Made by a program: the position numbers and the translations under genes. 45,976 nt of DNA, from assembly GCA_037481775.1 (NCBI GenBank), contig JBBFKZ010000014.1, positions 1 to 45,976 on the forward strand, written 5' to 3'. Of this stretch, positions 1-7,350 are shown one piece after another; position 1 is the stretch's first letter, and each line of letters starts with the position of its first letter. The stretch comes from Candidatus Bathyarchaeia archaeon. GTDB lineage: Archaea; Thermoproteota; Bathyarchaeia; Bathyarchaeales; Bathycorpusculaceae. Below the pieces are notes generated by a model, which was not told where the DNA came from, did no database searches, and saw only the letters and a list, made by a program, of their open reading frames with translations.

Positions 1-1
1 C

Positions 2-526
2 GACGCAGAGTACCTCAAAAACCTCCAAGAAAAACTCAAAACAAAAGAAGAAAAAGCCGCAAACATACTCTTCACCCTAAACCGCTTCATAATAATCGAC
101 AAACACCGCAACCCCATCAACGAAACCCTCGCCGACAAAGTCGAACGCATACTCGAACTCTGGAAAGAAAAAACCAAAAACTACGAAAAAATCTACAACG
201 AAGCCGCCCAAATCTACCAGCAATACCAGCAACTCCAAACCCGCCAAAAACAACTCGCCTTCACAGACCTACAATACGCCATGCTCCTAACTCTGGAAAA
301 AGCACTGCCGCCAACCGCAAACCCCACACAAGATGTAAGGGAGCTCACGGCGCTGCTACAGCCTCATATATTCAAAGGCTGGCAGACCCAACCAACAACA
401 AGAAAAGCCATAGAACGCGAAACACGCAAATACCTGAGAAAATACGTCACGCAACACGGCTTAACGCTGCAGCAACTGGATCAACTGCACCAGAAAATAA
501 TAGAAAACGTGAAAACCTATGGATAA
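2..526 (+). CDS. C-terminal part of a probable type I restriction enzyme R subunit (HsdR-like), truncated by the window edge
   Basis: Frame 2 is open from base 2 (DAEYLKNLQEKLKTKEEKAANILFTLNRF...) into the listed 281..526 ORF. The tail is helical (KGWQTQPTTRKAIERE). It overlaps a YgjP/M48 gene, the usual neighbour downstream of hsdR. The product call relies mainly on context. Confidence 0.6.
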   Translation, partial: DAEYLKNLQEKLKTKEEKAANILFTLNRFIIIDKHRNPINETLADKVERILELWKEKTKNYEKIYNEAAQIYQQYQQLQTRQKQLAFTDLQYAMLLTLEKALPPTANPTQDVRELTALLQPHIFKGWQTQPTTRKAIERETRKYLRKYVTQHGLTLQQLDQLHQKIIENVKTYG

Positions 527-1064
527 AGCGCTGGAACACGCCATAATCTACCGCGACGTAAAGCACCCGAGGCTTGAATACAAAACAGGTACTCTGCAGA
601 TAATATTGCCAAAAGGATACAGCAATCCAGAACAAATCCTCCAAAAATACCAGAAATGGATACAACGCAAGCAGAAAGCCATAAACCAGGCCTTACAGGA
701 AGCCGAAACCAAAACAATAATCCACGACAGAACCGAGGAGCAACTGAAAACCCTTGTTGACACGCTTGTCCAAGCATGCCAAAAAGAACTCAATACCACA
801 ATAAACAAAGTCTTCTATCGCAGAATGAAAACAAAATGGGCAAGCCACAGCAGCAACAGCAACCTCACCATCAACACCTTAACAAAATACCTGCCCAACG
901 ACCTAATCGAGTATATACTCTACCACGAAACAGCCCACAACATAGAAAGAAAACATAATGAAAACTTCTGGCGCCTCATAGCCAAAAAATTCCCAGACTA
1001 CCAAAACAAAGAAAAAAGCCTGCTAACCTACTGGTTCCTTACCCAACGACTACAAACCCGCTGA
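519..1064 (+). CDS. YgjP/DUF45 (M48/SprT-like) zinc metallopeptidase-family protein
   Basis: MKTKWAS and YILYHETAH...HNENFW carry the HExxH and HxxxFW motifs of the family. Confidence 0.85.
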   Translation: MDKALEHAIIYRDVKHPRLEYKTGTLQIILPKGYSNPEQILQKYQKWIQRKQKAINQALQEAETKTIIHDRTEEQLKTLVDTLVQACQKELNTTINKVFYRRMKTKWASHSSNSNLTINTLTKYLPNDLIEYILYHETAHNIERKHNENFWRLIAKKFPDYQNKEKSLLTYWFLTQRLQTR

Positions 1065-1076
1065 AACCAAAAGAAG

Positions 1077-1736
1077 ATGACAAACTTGCACGTATTTGTA
1101 GATGAATCAGGCAACCTCGGTTTCTCTGAAAAAGCCACAAAATACTTTATAGTAGCATACTTAGAATGCGAAAAACCAGAAAGACTAAGAATAGAATTAA
1201 GGCGCCTCCTCAAGCGGCTCCACCAAAAGAAACAGTACCCTCCAAGCAGAAACGAATTGAAATTCTCGAGGATGAATAGCTACTGCAGAAAAATGATCTT
1301 GGCAAAAATAGCCGAAAGCGATGTGTCCTTAGGCGTGGTAGTTCTTGAGAAAGCACGCGTAGAAAACAAGCTAAGAAAAGACCCTGCAACATTATACAAC
1401 TGGTGCGTAGTCCACAACATCATGCTTTCCCTAATCCAGCAAATAGCCACCGGCAACAAAATCCAAATAACCTTCGACAAAAGCCTACCAAAACGGCGAA
1501 TAAACGAGTTCAACTCATACGCAACAAACAAAGCAAGCTATCTATTACACGAAAAAGGCACAGCCTTACCATCCAACTGCATAACACTGAACCATATACC
1601 TTCCGAAAAAGAATTCTGTCTACAAGCCGCCGACGCAGTAGCAGGAGCATACCACCAAAAATACGAAAACAACAACCCCGAATACGCAAAGATAATCGAA
1701 CACAAAGTCAGCTTCTTCAAATACCTCTGGAAATAA
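1077..1736 (+). CDS. DUF3800 family protein (RNase H-like fold, acidic triad)
   Basis: N-terminal VFVDESG, ELKFS, central ITFDK and C-terminal LQAADAVAG motifs. Confidence 0.85.
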   Translation: MTNLHVFVDESGNLGFSEKATKYFIVAYLECEKPERLRIELRRLLKRLHQKKQYPPSRNELKFSRMNSYCRKMILAKIAESDVSLGVVVLEKARVENKLRKDPATLYNWCVVHNIMLSLIQQIATGNKIQITFDKSLPKRRINEFNSYATNKASYLLHEKGTALPSNCITLNHIPSEKEFCLQAADAVAGAYHQKYENNNPEYAKIIEHKVSFFKYLWK

Positions 1737-1744
1737 CAAGAACA

Positions 1745-1812
1745 GCGACCCCTATCCTACTACTCCCATCCCACACATGCGGGCATCATTGCCTCGGATA
1801 GGCCTTACTCGC
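1745..1812 (-). ncRNA. Candidate structured small RNA convergent with the DUF3800 gene
   Basis: Nested pairs 1745-48/1809-12 (4 bp), 1751-57/1796-1802 (7 bp) and 1770-74/1779-83 (G-U only on the minus strand). Minus-strand TATA at 1836-1843. Confidence 0.6.
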
Positions 1813-1835
1813 AATAAAATAATACATCTACAAAC

Positions 1836-1851
1836 TTATTTAAGCATTATC
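1836..1851 (-). promoter_or_regulatory. BRE/TATA-like promoter for the antisense small RNA 1
   Basis: Minus strand reads GATAATGCTTAAATAA, 24 nt upstream of the paired 5' end. It resembles the element at 2564-2579. Confidence 0.55.
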
Positions 1852-1861
1852 TAAAAACGAT

Positions 1862-2444
1862 TCAAACTCTACTATTACCCTACATAAAAACACGCAGAAC
1901 CACGCTGAATTCAAATGGATAAAACTAAATAGTGAATACAAAGCCAAAATTCTTGAAAACTTTAATCTCCTCCTGCGAGTATGCTGCAACGCTTTGCTCA
2001 TAATAGAAACAGATACCATTAATTTCTCCCGTTGGCAAGTTTGAGAACACATTCAAAAACCTTATTGAAGGCTGTTTCTCTGGCTACGAACGAGACGCCA
2101 ACAAAAGAGCAACATTGAGGAGAAGACTGTTTCAACTCGCGAATAACGTCCCAATTCACTTTGACAAGGACTTCCCACACTTGCCCTCCGGCAAAGCTGT
2201 AAAATTACTCGTTCAGACATTAGCAAAACAAAATGGCTGATACGAACAATACACCCCACTTTATGCCCCACTGGCATCGCATGAATCTCAACCTATCCAA
2301 ATTGTAGACATAATCGCAGGAGTAATCCGAACCAAAATTCAACAAAAAGAAACCTTAGAACCCTTGGCGCTGTTGCCTTTTGACAAACGCAAAATAGCTT
2401 CATGCCCAGGGAAAAGCGCAAAGGCATTTTACTGGATTGCTTAA
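1862..2444 (+). pseudogene. Decayed, 5'-truncated DUF3800 family gene
   Basis: Reads ...AEFKWIKLNSEYKAKI..., with a frameshift near 2015, then PIHFDKD, an in-frame TGA at 2238-2240, and SHESQPIQIVDIIAG...AFYWIA-stop (2442-2444). The motifs parallel the intact paralogue, but the VDESG N-terminus is missing. Confidence 0.7.
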
Positions 2445-2448
2445 AAGC

Positions 2449-2540
2449 GATTCAGGTGCCGTGTGCCGTTAAAGTCGCGGGCGACACTTCCTCTGGAAGT
2501 ATCGTTATCCGCTGGGCACAAGACCTTTTGTACCTTCATC
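2449..2540 (-). ncRNA. Candidate structured small RNA convergent with the DUF3800 pseudogene
   Basis: Pairs 2462-67/2515-20, 2477-80/2509-12, 2482-91/2495-2504 (10 bp, G-U on minus), crossing 2471-76/2522-27, and outer 2454-57/2532-35. Minus-strand TATA at 2564-2571. Confidence 0.65.
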
Positions 2541-2563
2541 AACTACTTAACTATCCAAGCCCT

Positions 2564-2579
2564 CTTATAAAGTATTATC
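2564..2579 (-). promoter_or_regulatory. BRE/TATA-like promoter for the antisense small RNA 2
   Basis: Minus strand reads GATAATACTTTATAAG, 24 nt upstream of the paired 5' end. Confidence 0.55.
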
Positions 2580-3040
2580 CGGAGATTTTCTACAGACACT
2601 TACATGAGATATTTTCTAACAACACTGTTCATAAAAAGAAGGCAATCAGACCCCATACATCTGCTTATAATGACAATAGAAAAAAAGAAGGGAGATAGCT
2701 GCGAAGAAACGAGCTTGCAGGCATAATCGCCGTTTTCACGAATGTTCAAATTCAACGATTGTGCAAAAGCGCTGGAAATTGTTGCAATCTTGTTACTCTA
2801 TTCTGTCCCATTAATCTAATTTTTGCCCAAGTTCTTTAGTCAAGTACTCAGGCTTAAACAACGCTTCCTTCGCCCGAATTATGGCAACTAGGAGACCAAA
2901 ATCGCCAATGGCTGGCTTAAGCTATTTTAAAGTCAAAAATAGCGCATCATCAACGTCAGGCTTCTGAGTCATAAGAGAAACTGCTACGGCTGTGGCTTCC
3001 TTTAGTTTAGGGTTAGTTCTTCTTTTTCTTGGTTGCATTT

Positions 3041-3460
3041 TTAAGTTGTTTTTCCTTCAAGGCAAGCAAGCATTTGCTCGACAGTGATTATCTTGATTCC
3101 TTTAAAATCCCTTAGGGCTAAGAGATGGCTATCTCCAGTAACAATTATATCAGCGTTCCCATCATAGGCTGTCTCAATAACCATGTTGTCTTTAGGATCA
3201 TCTTCAACTACCTTGAGTTTTGACGCCACATTCACAATTTCGGCAGTTTGCATCAAAGCAATAATGATCCTACTAATTTCATCTTCACTGGTTTTGAATT
3301 TTGGTCTACGAAGGACAAGCCCAAGCTCCTTCAAAATCAACTCAGAAGTAACAATGGAAAACTGCTTAGATATGCCTCTCCTTAAGAGCTCTCTTGGTTT
3401 GCCATCAGAAATAACAGCGCTCACCAAAACGTTGGTGTCAAGCACAACTCGAAGCATCAA
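3041..3460 (-). CDS. vapC: PIN-domain toxin (VapC-like)
   Basis: VVLDTNVLVS, DPKDNMVIETA and IVTGDSHLL PIN motifs. Lies directly downstream of an AbrB antitoxin. Confidence 0.9.
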   Translation of the reverse strand: MMLRVVLDTNVLVSAVISDGKPRELLRRGISKQFSIVTSELILKELGLVLRRPKFKTSEDEISRIIIALMQTAEIVNVASKLKVVEDDPKDNMVIETAYDGNADIIVTGDSHLLALRDFKGIKIITVEQMLACLEGKTT

Positions 3461-3461
3461 A

Positions 3462-3734
3462 TCATATATCTACTTTTCTGGTTTCTTCTATTTCTCTCTG
3501 GATTTCCTTATCGGAAAGCTTGAGTTCTTTTTTGTCCATCTGCTTGAAGATGTCGTCCCACTCTTTCTTTAAGTCAGGAAGCTCAAGTTTCTTCATTATC
3601 ACCGTGTCGCCTCTGCCGTAAACCAGAAATTTCGTCTTTGGCTTTATCCCAAGCTCTTTTCGTATAGACTGAGGAATAACTACTTGCCCTTTTTCGCTCA
3701 CGGTTGTTACTTCTGGTTCTGCTGTCATATTCAT
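3462..3734 (-). CDS. vapB: AbrB/MazE/SpoVT-family antitoxin
   Basis: VSEKGQVVIPQSIRKELGI swapped-hairpin motif, in an operon with the PIN toxin. Confidence 0.9.
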   Translation of the reverse strand: MNMTAEPEVTTVSEKGQVVIPQSIRKELGIKPKTKFLVYGRGDTVIMKKLELPDLKKEWDDIFKQMDKKELKLSDKEIQREIEETRKVDI

Positions 3735-3735
3735 C

Positions 3736-3760
3736 AGTAAGAATATTTTACTTTCTTACT
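3736..3760. promoter_or_regulatory. Inverted-repeat operator upstream of the TA operon
   Basis: AGTAAGAA (3736-43) and TTCTTACT (3753-60) sit immediately upstream of the antitoxin start. Confidence 0.55.
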
Positions 3761-3800
3761 ATTAAACACTTCCCATTGAAGATCCCTTTCCGAAGACTCA

Positions 3801-3937
3801 TCAGAACTCCGGCTGCTTTGAAAACCTGCGCCCGCAGCCTCGGCAATAATAACGCTGTATAACCCATGCAAGGTGTACCTTTTGGCGTCTTTGCAAGTTC
3901 TAGCGTTGCCGCATCGAGGGCACTTGACTCTCTTCAT
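3801..3937 (-). pseudogene. Frameshifted Zn-ribbon fragment (integrase/IS1 InsA-like N-terminus)
   Basis: MKRVKCPRCG...CKDAKRY continues in another frame as IQRYYCRGCGRRFS. It lies near the att-like site. Confidence 0.55.
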
Positions 3938-4094
3938 TTACTAGTTTATTGGGCAATTCTCTCCCGCAATGGGGGACATTTGGCTTCCTTTTGACTCATA
4001 TGTTTCATCTCCTGCCAAACTTGCTCTTGGAGAGAAAAAGGAGGGAAGTAGCTGCGGAGAAACACCGAGTGGGCATATCGCCTCGTTTGCGAGT

Positions 4095-4118
4095 GTTCGA
4101 GTCCCTTCCCCGGCGCCA
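4095..4118 (+). mobile_element. tRNA 3'-end fragment, att-like site (copy 1)
   Basis: GTTCGAGTCCCTTCCCCGGCG-CCA is a T-loop, acceptor 3' strand, G discriminator and CCA. No matching tRNA 5' half is present. Confidence 0.6.
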
Positions 4119-4387
4119 TACCCTACGCCCCACATTATTTTGGCTTCAAGAAGCCTAGACCAAGAAAGGGTGCTCAAAGAAGCCCACAGCATAGTAGAAA
4201 GCCTAAAAAGAATCGAGCAAATAACGAGCAAAGTAACAGCCCAAGCTTAAACTTATTCCCCCCATAAAGTAAAATTTACTAGTAAATTAGCGCTAAAATC
4301 CCACCGCCGCACTTTTCACCGAACCCCCCACACTTTTTGAGGAAGACTACTTGCTTTTTCTGTAAATCTTGCAGCCATCCCTTTCAG

Positions 4388-4508
4388 TGACATATTCGAA
4401 TCCTGCCTCGATTAGCCCGATCGCCTCCGTCTACAGTGTGGGCGACGCTGACGGTACACTCTTGGTCTTCTAAGCTAATGAGCTGTTTGCGCGAGATCAC
4501 GTATGTCA
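4388..4508 (-). ncRNA. Candidate highly structured RNA with interlocked helices
   Basis: Nested stems 4388-94/4502-08, 4407-10/4492-95 and 4411-18/4472-79, plus three crossing 5-bp helices. Minus-strand TTTTAAAA at 4546-4553. Confidence 0.5.
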
Positions 4509-4674
4509 ACTATTCACGTTAAAAATTGAAAGGCAAACTTCCAGATTTTAAAATTTCACATGAAAAACCAGCTTAACTGCACTGAAATGTGAAAAGCGCA
4601 ATTTTTCTTACTCGAGGGATCTTAATAAAAAACCTTTAATTACGGAAAAGCCTTTTATTAAGCACGGACTGCTT

Positions 4675-5940
4675 ATGGAAAAGAAGGCGCTTATAACTCT
4701 ATTTTTCATTTCGGCGCTTTTTTCAGCGGTGGCAGGAGGGCTGTTTGGTGATTTCGGAGAGGCTAATTTCACACCTCTCCCAGAACTTCCTCTGCCAATC
4801 TACATTCGAAGTGATGGAAGCATTGAACCTTCAACAGCACCCATCTGGCATGTTGGAGACACCTACACCTTAACCGCTGACATCAACAACACAATAGAAG
4901 TTCAACGCTCAAATATAGTGCTTGACGGTAACGGCTACACCTTAACAAAACCCTCAGTTGACACCCAAAACCTCATGACCCCCGCCGGCTGGCTTCCCGG
5001 CGTCAACGTGACTGGCTTAAGCAACGTAACGGTTACAAACATTGCATTTGAAGGATGCGTGACAGGTATAACAGTAGAGAATTCCAAAGACATAAACCTC
5101 TGCAACAACAGCATGAATAACTGCCAAAGCGGCATCGTAATCCTGTCTTCATCTGATATTAACATTGTCGGCAACAACATCGCTTTTCTCAAGCAATCCT
5201 TTGCTTCGGGAATCCTCCTTCTCCCTAGTAACCCCAACGGGTCAAACCCCTGCCGCCTCAAAATCGAAAAAAACGTCATAGTCGGCTCCGGCATCGAGGT
5301 TCCAGCGCCTCCCGCCCCACAACCTGAACAGTATGGCATCTGGGGTCTCTTTAGCGACTCCACAATAACCGCTAACAGCATCATCAAAATAAAAGGAATA
5401 GCCCTCTACAACATGGCCTCAAACAACCTGATCGTCGGCAACAACTTCCAAGGCAATTACGAAGGAATACTGGTTAACATAGACCAGCGCCTCTTCTTCG
5501 GCAACAACTTTTATGGCAACAACTTCATCCACAACACCGTTAACGTAGTCATCCCATACATACGAAACTACCGCCCCACCAGCAATAACTGGGATAACGG
5601 CTCACTGGGCAACTATTGGAGCGACTACGAAGGCAGCGACAGCAACGGCGACGGCATAGGCGACTCGCCCTACATCATAGAAATCACCTACACCGACTAT
5701 GAACAAAACCGAAACGTAACCATTGAGCAGGGCAGAGATAACTATCCATCCATGACCCCGTTTAACATAGCCCCGATTAGCGTGGAACTACTACAGCAAA
5801 CGCCTACGCCACCTCCTCCTTCAACTGAACCGTCAAAAGCAGAGTCGCTTCCGACAATATGGCTGGTGGCAACCGCAGCAGTCATCCTAACAGTTTGCAC
5901 AGGCCTCGTTTTTTATTTAAAAAAAGCGCAATCATGCTGA
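4675..5940 (+). CDS. Secreted/membrane-anchored right-handed beta-helix (NosD/pectin-lyase-like) protein
   Basis: Signal peptide, IYIRSDGSI and IVLDGNG motifs, Asn-rich repeats, GNYWSDY...DGIGDSPY, a Pro-rich linker and a C-terminal TM helix. Confidence 0.85.
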   Translation: MEKKALITLFFISALFSAVAGGLFGDFGEANFTPLPELPLPIYIRSDGSIEPSTAPIWHVGDTYTLTADINNTIEVQRSNIVLDGNGYTLTKPSVDTQNLMTPAGWLPGVNVTGLSNVTVTNIAFEGCVTGITVENSKDINLCNNSMNNCQSGIVILSSSDINIVGNNIAFLKQSFASGILLLPSNPNGSNPCRLKIEKNVIVGSGIEVPAPPAPQPEQYGIWGLFSDSTITANSIIKIKGIALYNMASNNLIVGNNFQGNYEGILVNIDQRLFFGNNFYGNNFIHNTVNVVIPYIRNYRPTSNNWDNGSLGNYWSDYEGSDSNGDGIGDSPYIIEITYTDYEQNRNVTIEQGRDNYPSMTPFNIAPISVELLQQTPTPPPPSTEPSKAESLPTIWLVATAAVILTVCTGLVFYLKKAQSC

Positions 5941-6087
5941 AGATCACTGTGTAATCAAAAAACCTTACTTTTGTTCCAGCGTTTCGCTGGAGCTTTTTTT
6001 CCACCTCCAATTCTAACTAAAGACGCAGGTTAGAGCCTAAAACAAAAAAAGGAGGAATTTGCGGGAGAAATCTCAGTCACTTGCTGT

Positions 6088-6110
6088 TTCGAGCCCATTC
6101 CCCGGCGCCA
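6088..6110 (+). mobile_element. tRNA 3'-end fragment, att-like site (copy 2), likely right island border
   Basis: TTCGAGCCCATTCCCCGGCGCCA shares a perfect 14-bp core (TTCCCCGGCGCCAT) with 4106-4119. Confidence 0.55.
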
Positions 6111-6121
6111 TGTTTTACATT

Positions 6122-6679
6122 TTATGGTTTTGTTGTTGTTTTTAAGACGAAAAATCCGGTGGTGGCTTGGCAGCTTGAACTTATTAGGAATAACGTTTCA
6201 AAGCCAATTTGGCTGACTATTATTGTAGATATAATCGCGGCAAGGGCTTCGGCGATGTCATAGGCTGATTCGAAAGTTCCTAAAAACAATCCACGCTTGT
6301 CTTTATCACTTGCGTCTACAATGAAAGCCAGCAGTGCAGGACGTTGAAGGGCGTAGCCAGCCGCAAAGAATAACTCCACAAGGTACAGCTGTAGTATGTT
6401 TGTCACGAAGGTGTAAGCAAGTGTGCATGTGGCGCCAAGCATGAGTCCAGTAAAGAAAATTTTTTCTTTACCATATAAGTCAACGAGTCTGCCTGCTGGC
6501 GCCTTAACAAGTGCCGCCGTCAAAAGAATAATTGTGTATAGAAGTCCTAAGTCTATGAGTGAGGCGGAGAATCGGTTAACAACAAATATGGGGTAGACTG
6601 GACCTAGCAATCCCACTCCTAAAGAGCTGAGCGTACCTACCGCAATTAATGGCAGAATTGTTTGCTTCTGCATATGCAT
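6122..6679 (-). CDS. MFS transporter, half-size (~6 TM)
   Basis: Motif A-like AGRLVDLYGKE, KRGLFLG and about six hydrophobic segments in 185 aa. Confidence 0.75.
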   Translation of the reverse strand: MHMQKQTILPLIAVGTLSSLGVGLLGPVYPIFVVNRFSASLIDLGLLYTIILLTAALVKAPAGRLVDLYGKEKIFFTGLMLGATCTLAYTFVTNILQLYLVELFFAAGYALQRPALLAFIVDASDKDKRGLFLGTFESAYDIAEALAAIISTIIVSQIGFETLFLISSSCQATTGFFVLKTTTKP

Positions 6680-6899
6680 TTCTCCTTTCAGGTAATATGC
6701 ATATGCTCCTCAGATTGCGCAGGTCCATTTTTTGGTCAGTTTGCCTCCGCAAAAAAGATAGGCAAAAGTAAAAAAATAAATTTTTCTCAGCTAACTGTAG
6801 AATTCAAGATTATTTAATGAGCGTATACTGGCGCTTTGTGTTGTTTTGTTGCCGCTTGCGTAACGGTTGTTGACTGTTGCTTACTATGCGTGTAGCGCT

Positions 6900-7202
6900 T
6901 TAAAAGCCAAATATGGTTTTTTCCTTCGTTTTGCCGTCTTGTTCATCATTTTCTTCTTCGAGTATATGGTGTGCTACGTGGATGCCTAAGCCTGTTGCTG
7001 CGCCTGCTGCCAGCCCAAGCAATGTTTCAATAAGCCAGGAATATTGGTTCAGCAATGCTACTATGACGAGTATGTCGAAAATTATGGCGATGGCCAAGTA
7101 GCCGTAGCACCATGTTTTGATGCTTGTTCCCCTTGGTTGTGTTATGCCAATGCCCGCAAGCGCTCCGAACATTATTAAAAAGCCTATAAGAGTGTAAAGC
7201 AA
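6900..7202 (-). CDS. Small hypothetical membrane protein (3 TM)
   Basis: Three hydrophobic helices, an acidic tail and a GAGGTGA RBS upstream of the TTG start. Confidence 0.7.
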   Translation of the reverse strand: MLYTLIGFLIMFGALAGIGITQPRGTSIKTWCYGYLAIAIIFDILVIVALLNQYSWLIETLLGLAAGAATGLGIHVAHHILEEENDEQDGKTKEKTIFGF

Positions 7203-7350
7203 ATTGTCACCTCATGATGTAGGCTTATGCTTTGTTTGCGCGTGCTTAATAGCTTATCTGCTCGCATGCTGCTTTTCAGTTGAAGATGTTCTTGAACCAT
7301 TAACTTTTTTACTAATATTGTAATGTTACCCTTAAAGGCTGGTTAAAGGT

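Noticed and set aside
2238-2240. Selenocysteine or readthrough TGA in the DUF3800 paralogue
   Set aside because: The gene also has a frameshift and lacks its N-terminus, so decay is the simpler explanation.
2402-2698. 98-aa ORF
   Set aside because: It overlaps the DUF3800 pseudogene end and the structured RNA with its promoter, and has no recognisable motifs.
4040-4118. Complete tRNA gene
   Set aside because: Only the T-loop and 3' acceptor strand are present. There is no complementary 5' strand, D-arm or anticodon arm.
3941-4250. Overlapping 69-96-aa ORFs across att copy 1
   Set aside because: They read through tRNA-derived sequence, have no motifs and conflict with each other.
6685-6713. 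Hammerhead core on the minus strand (CTGAGGA...GAAA)
   Set aside because: There is no stem II between the two words and no suitable stems I or III.
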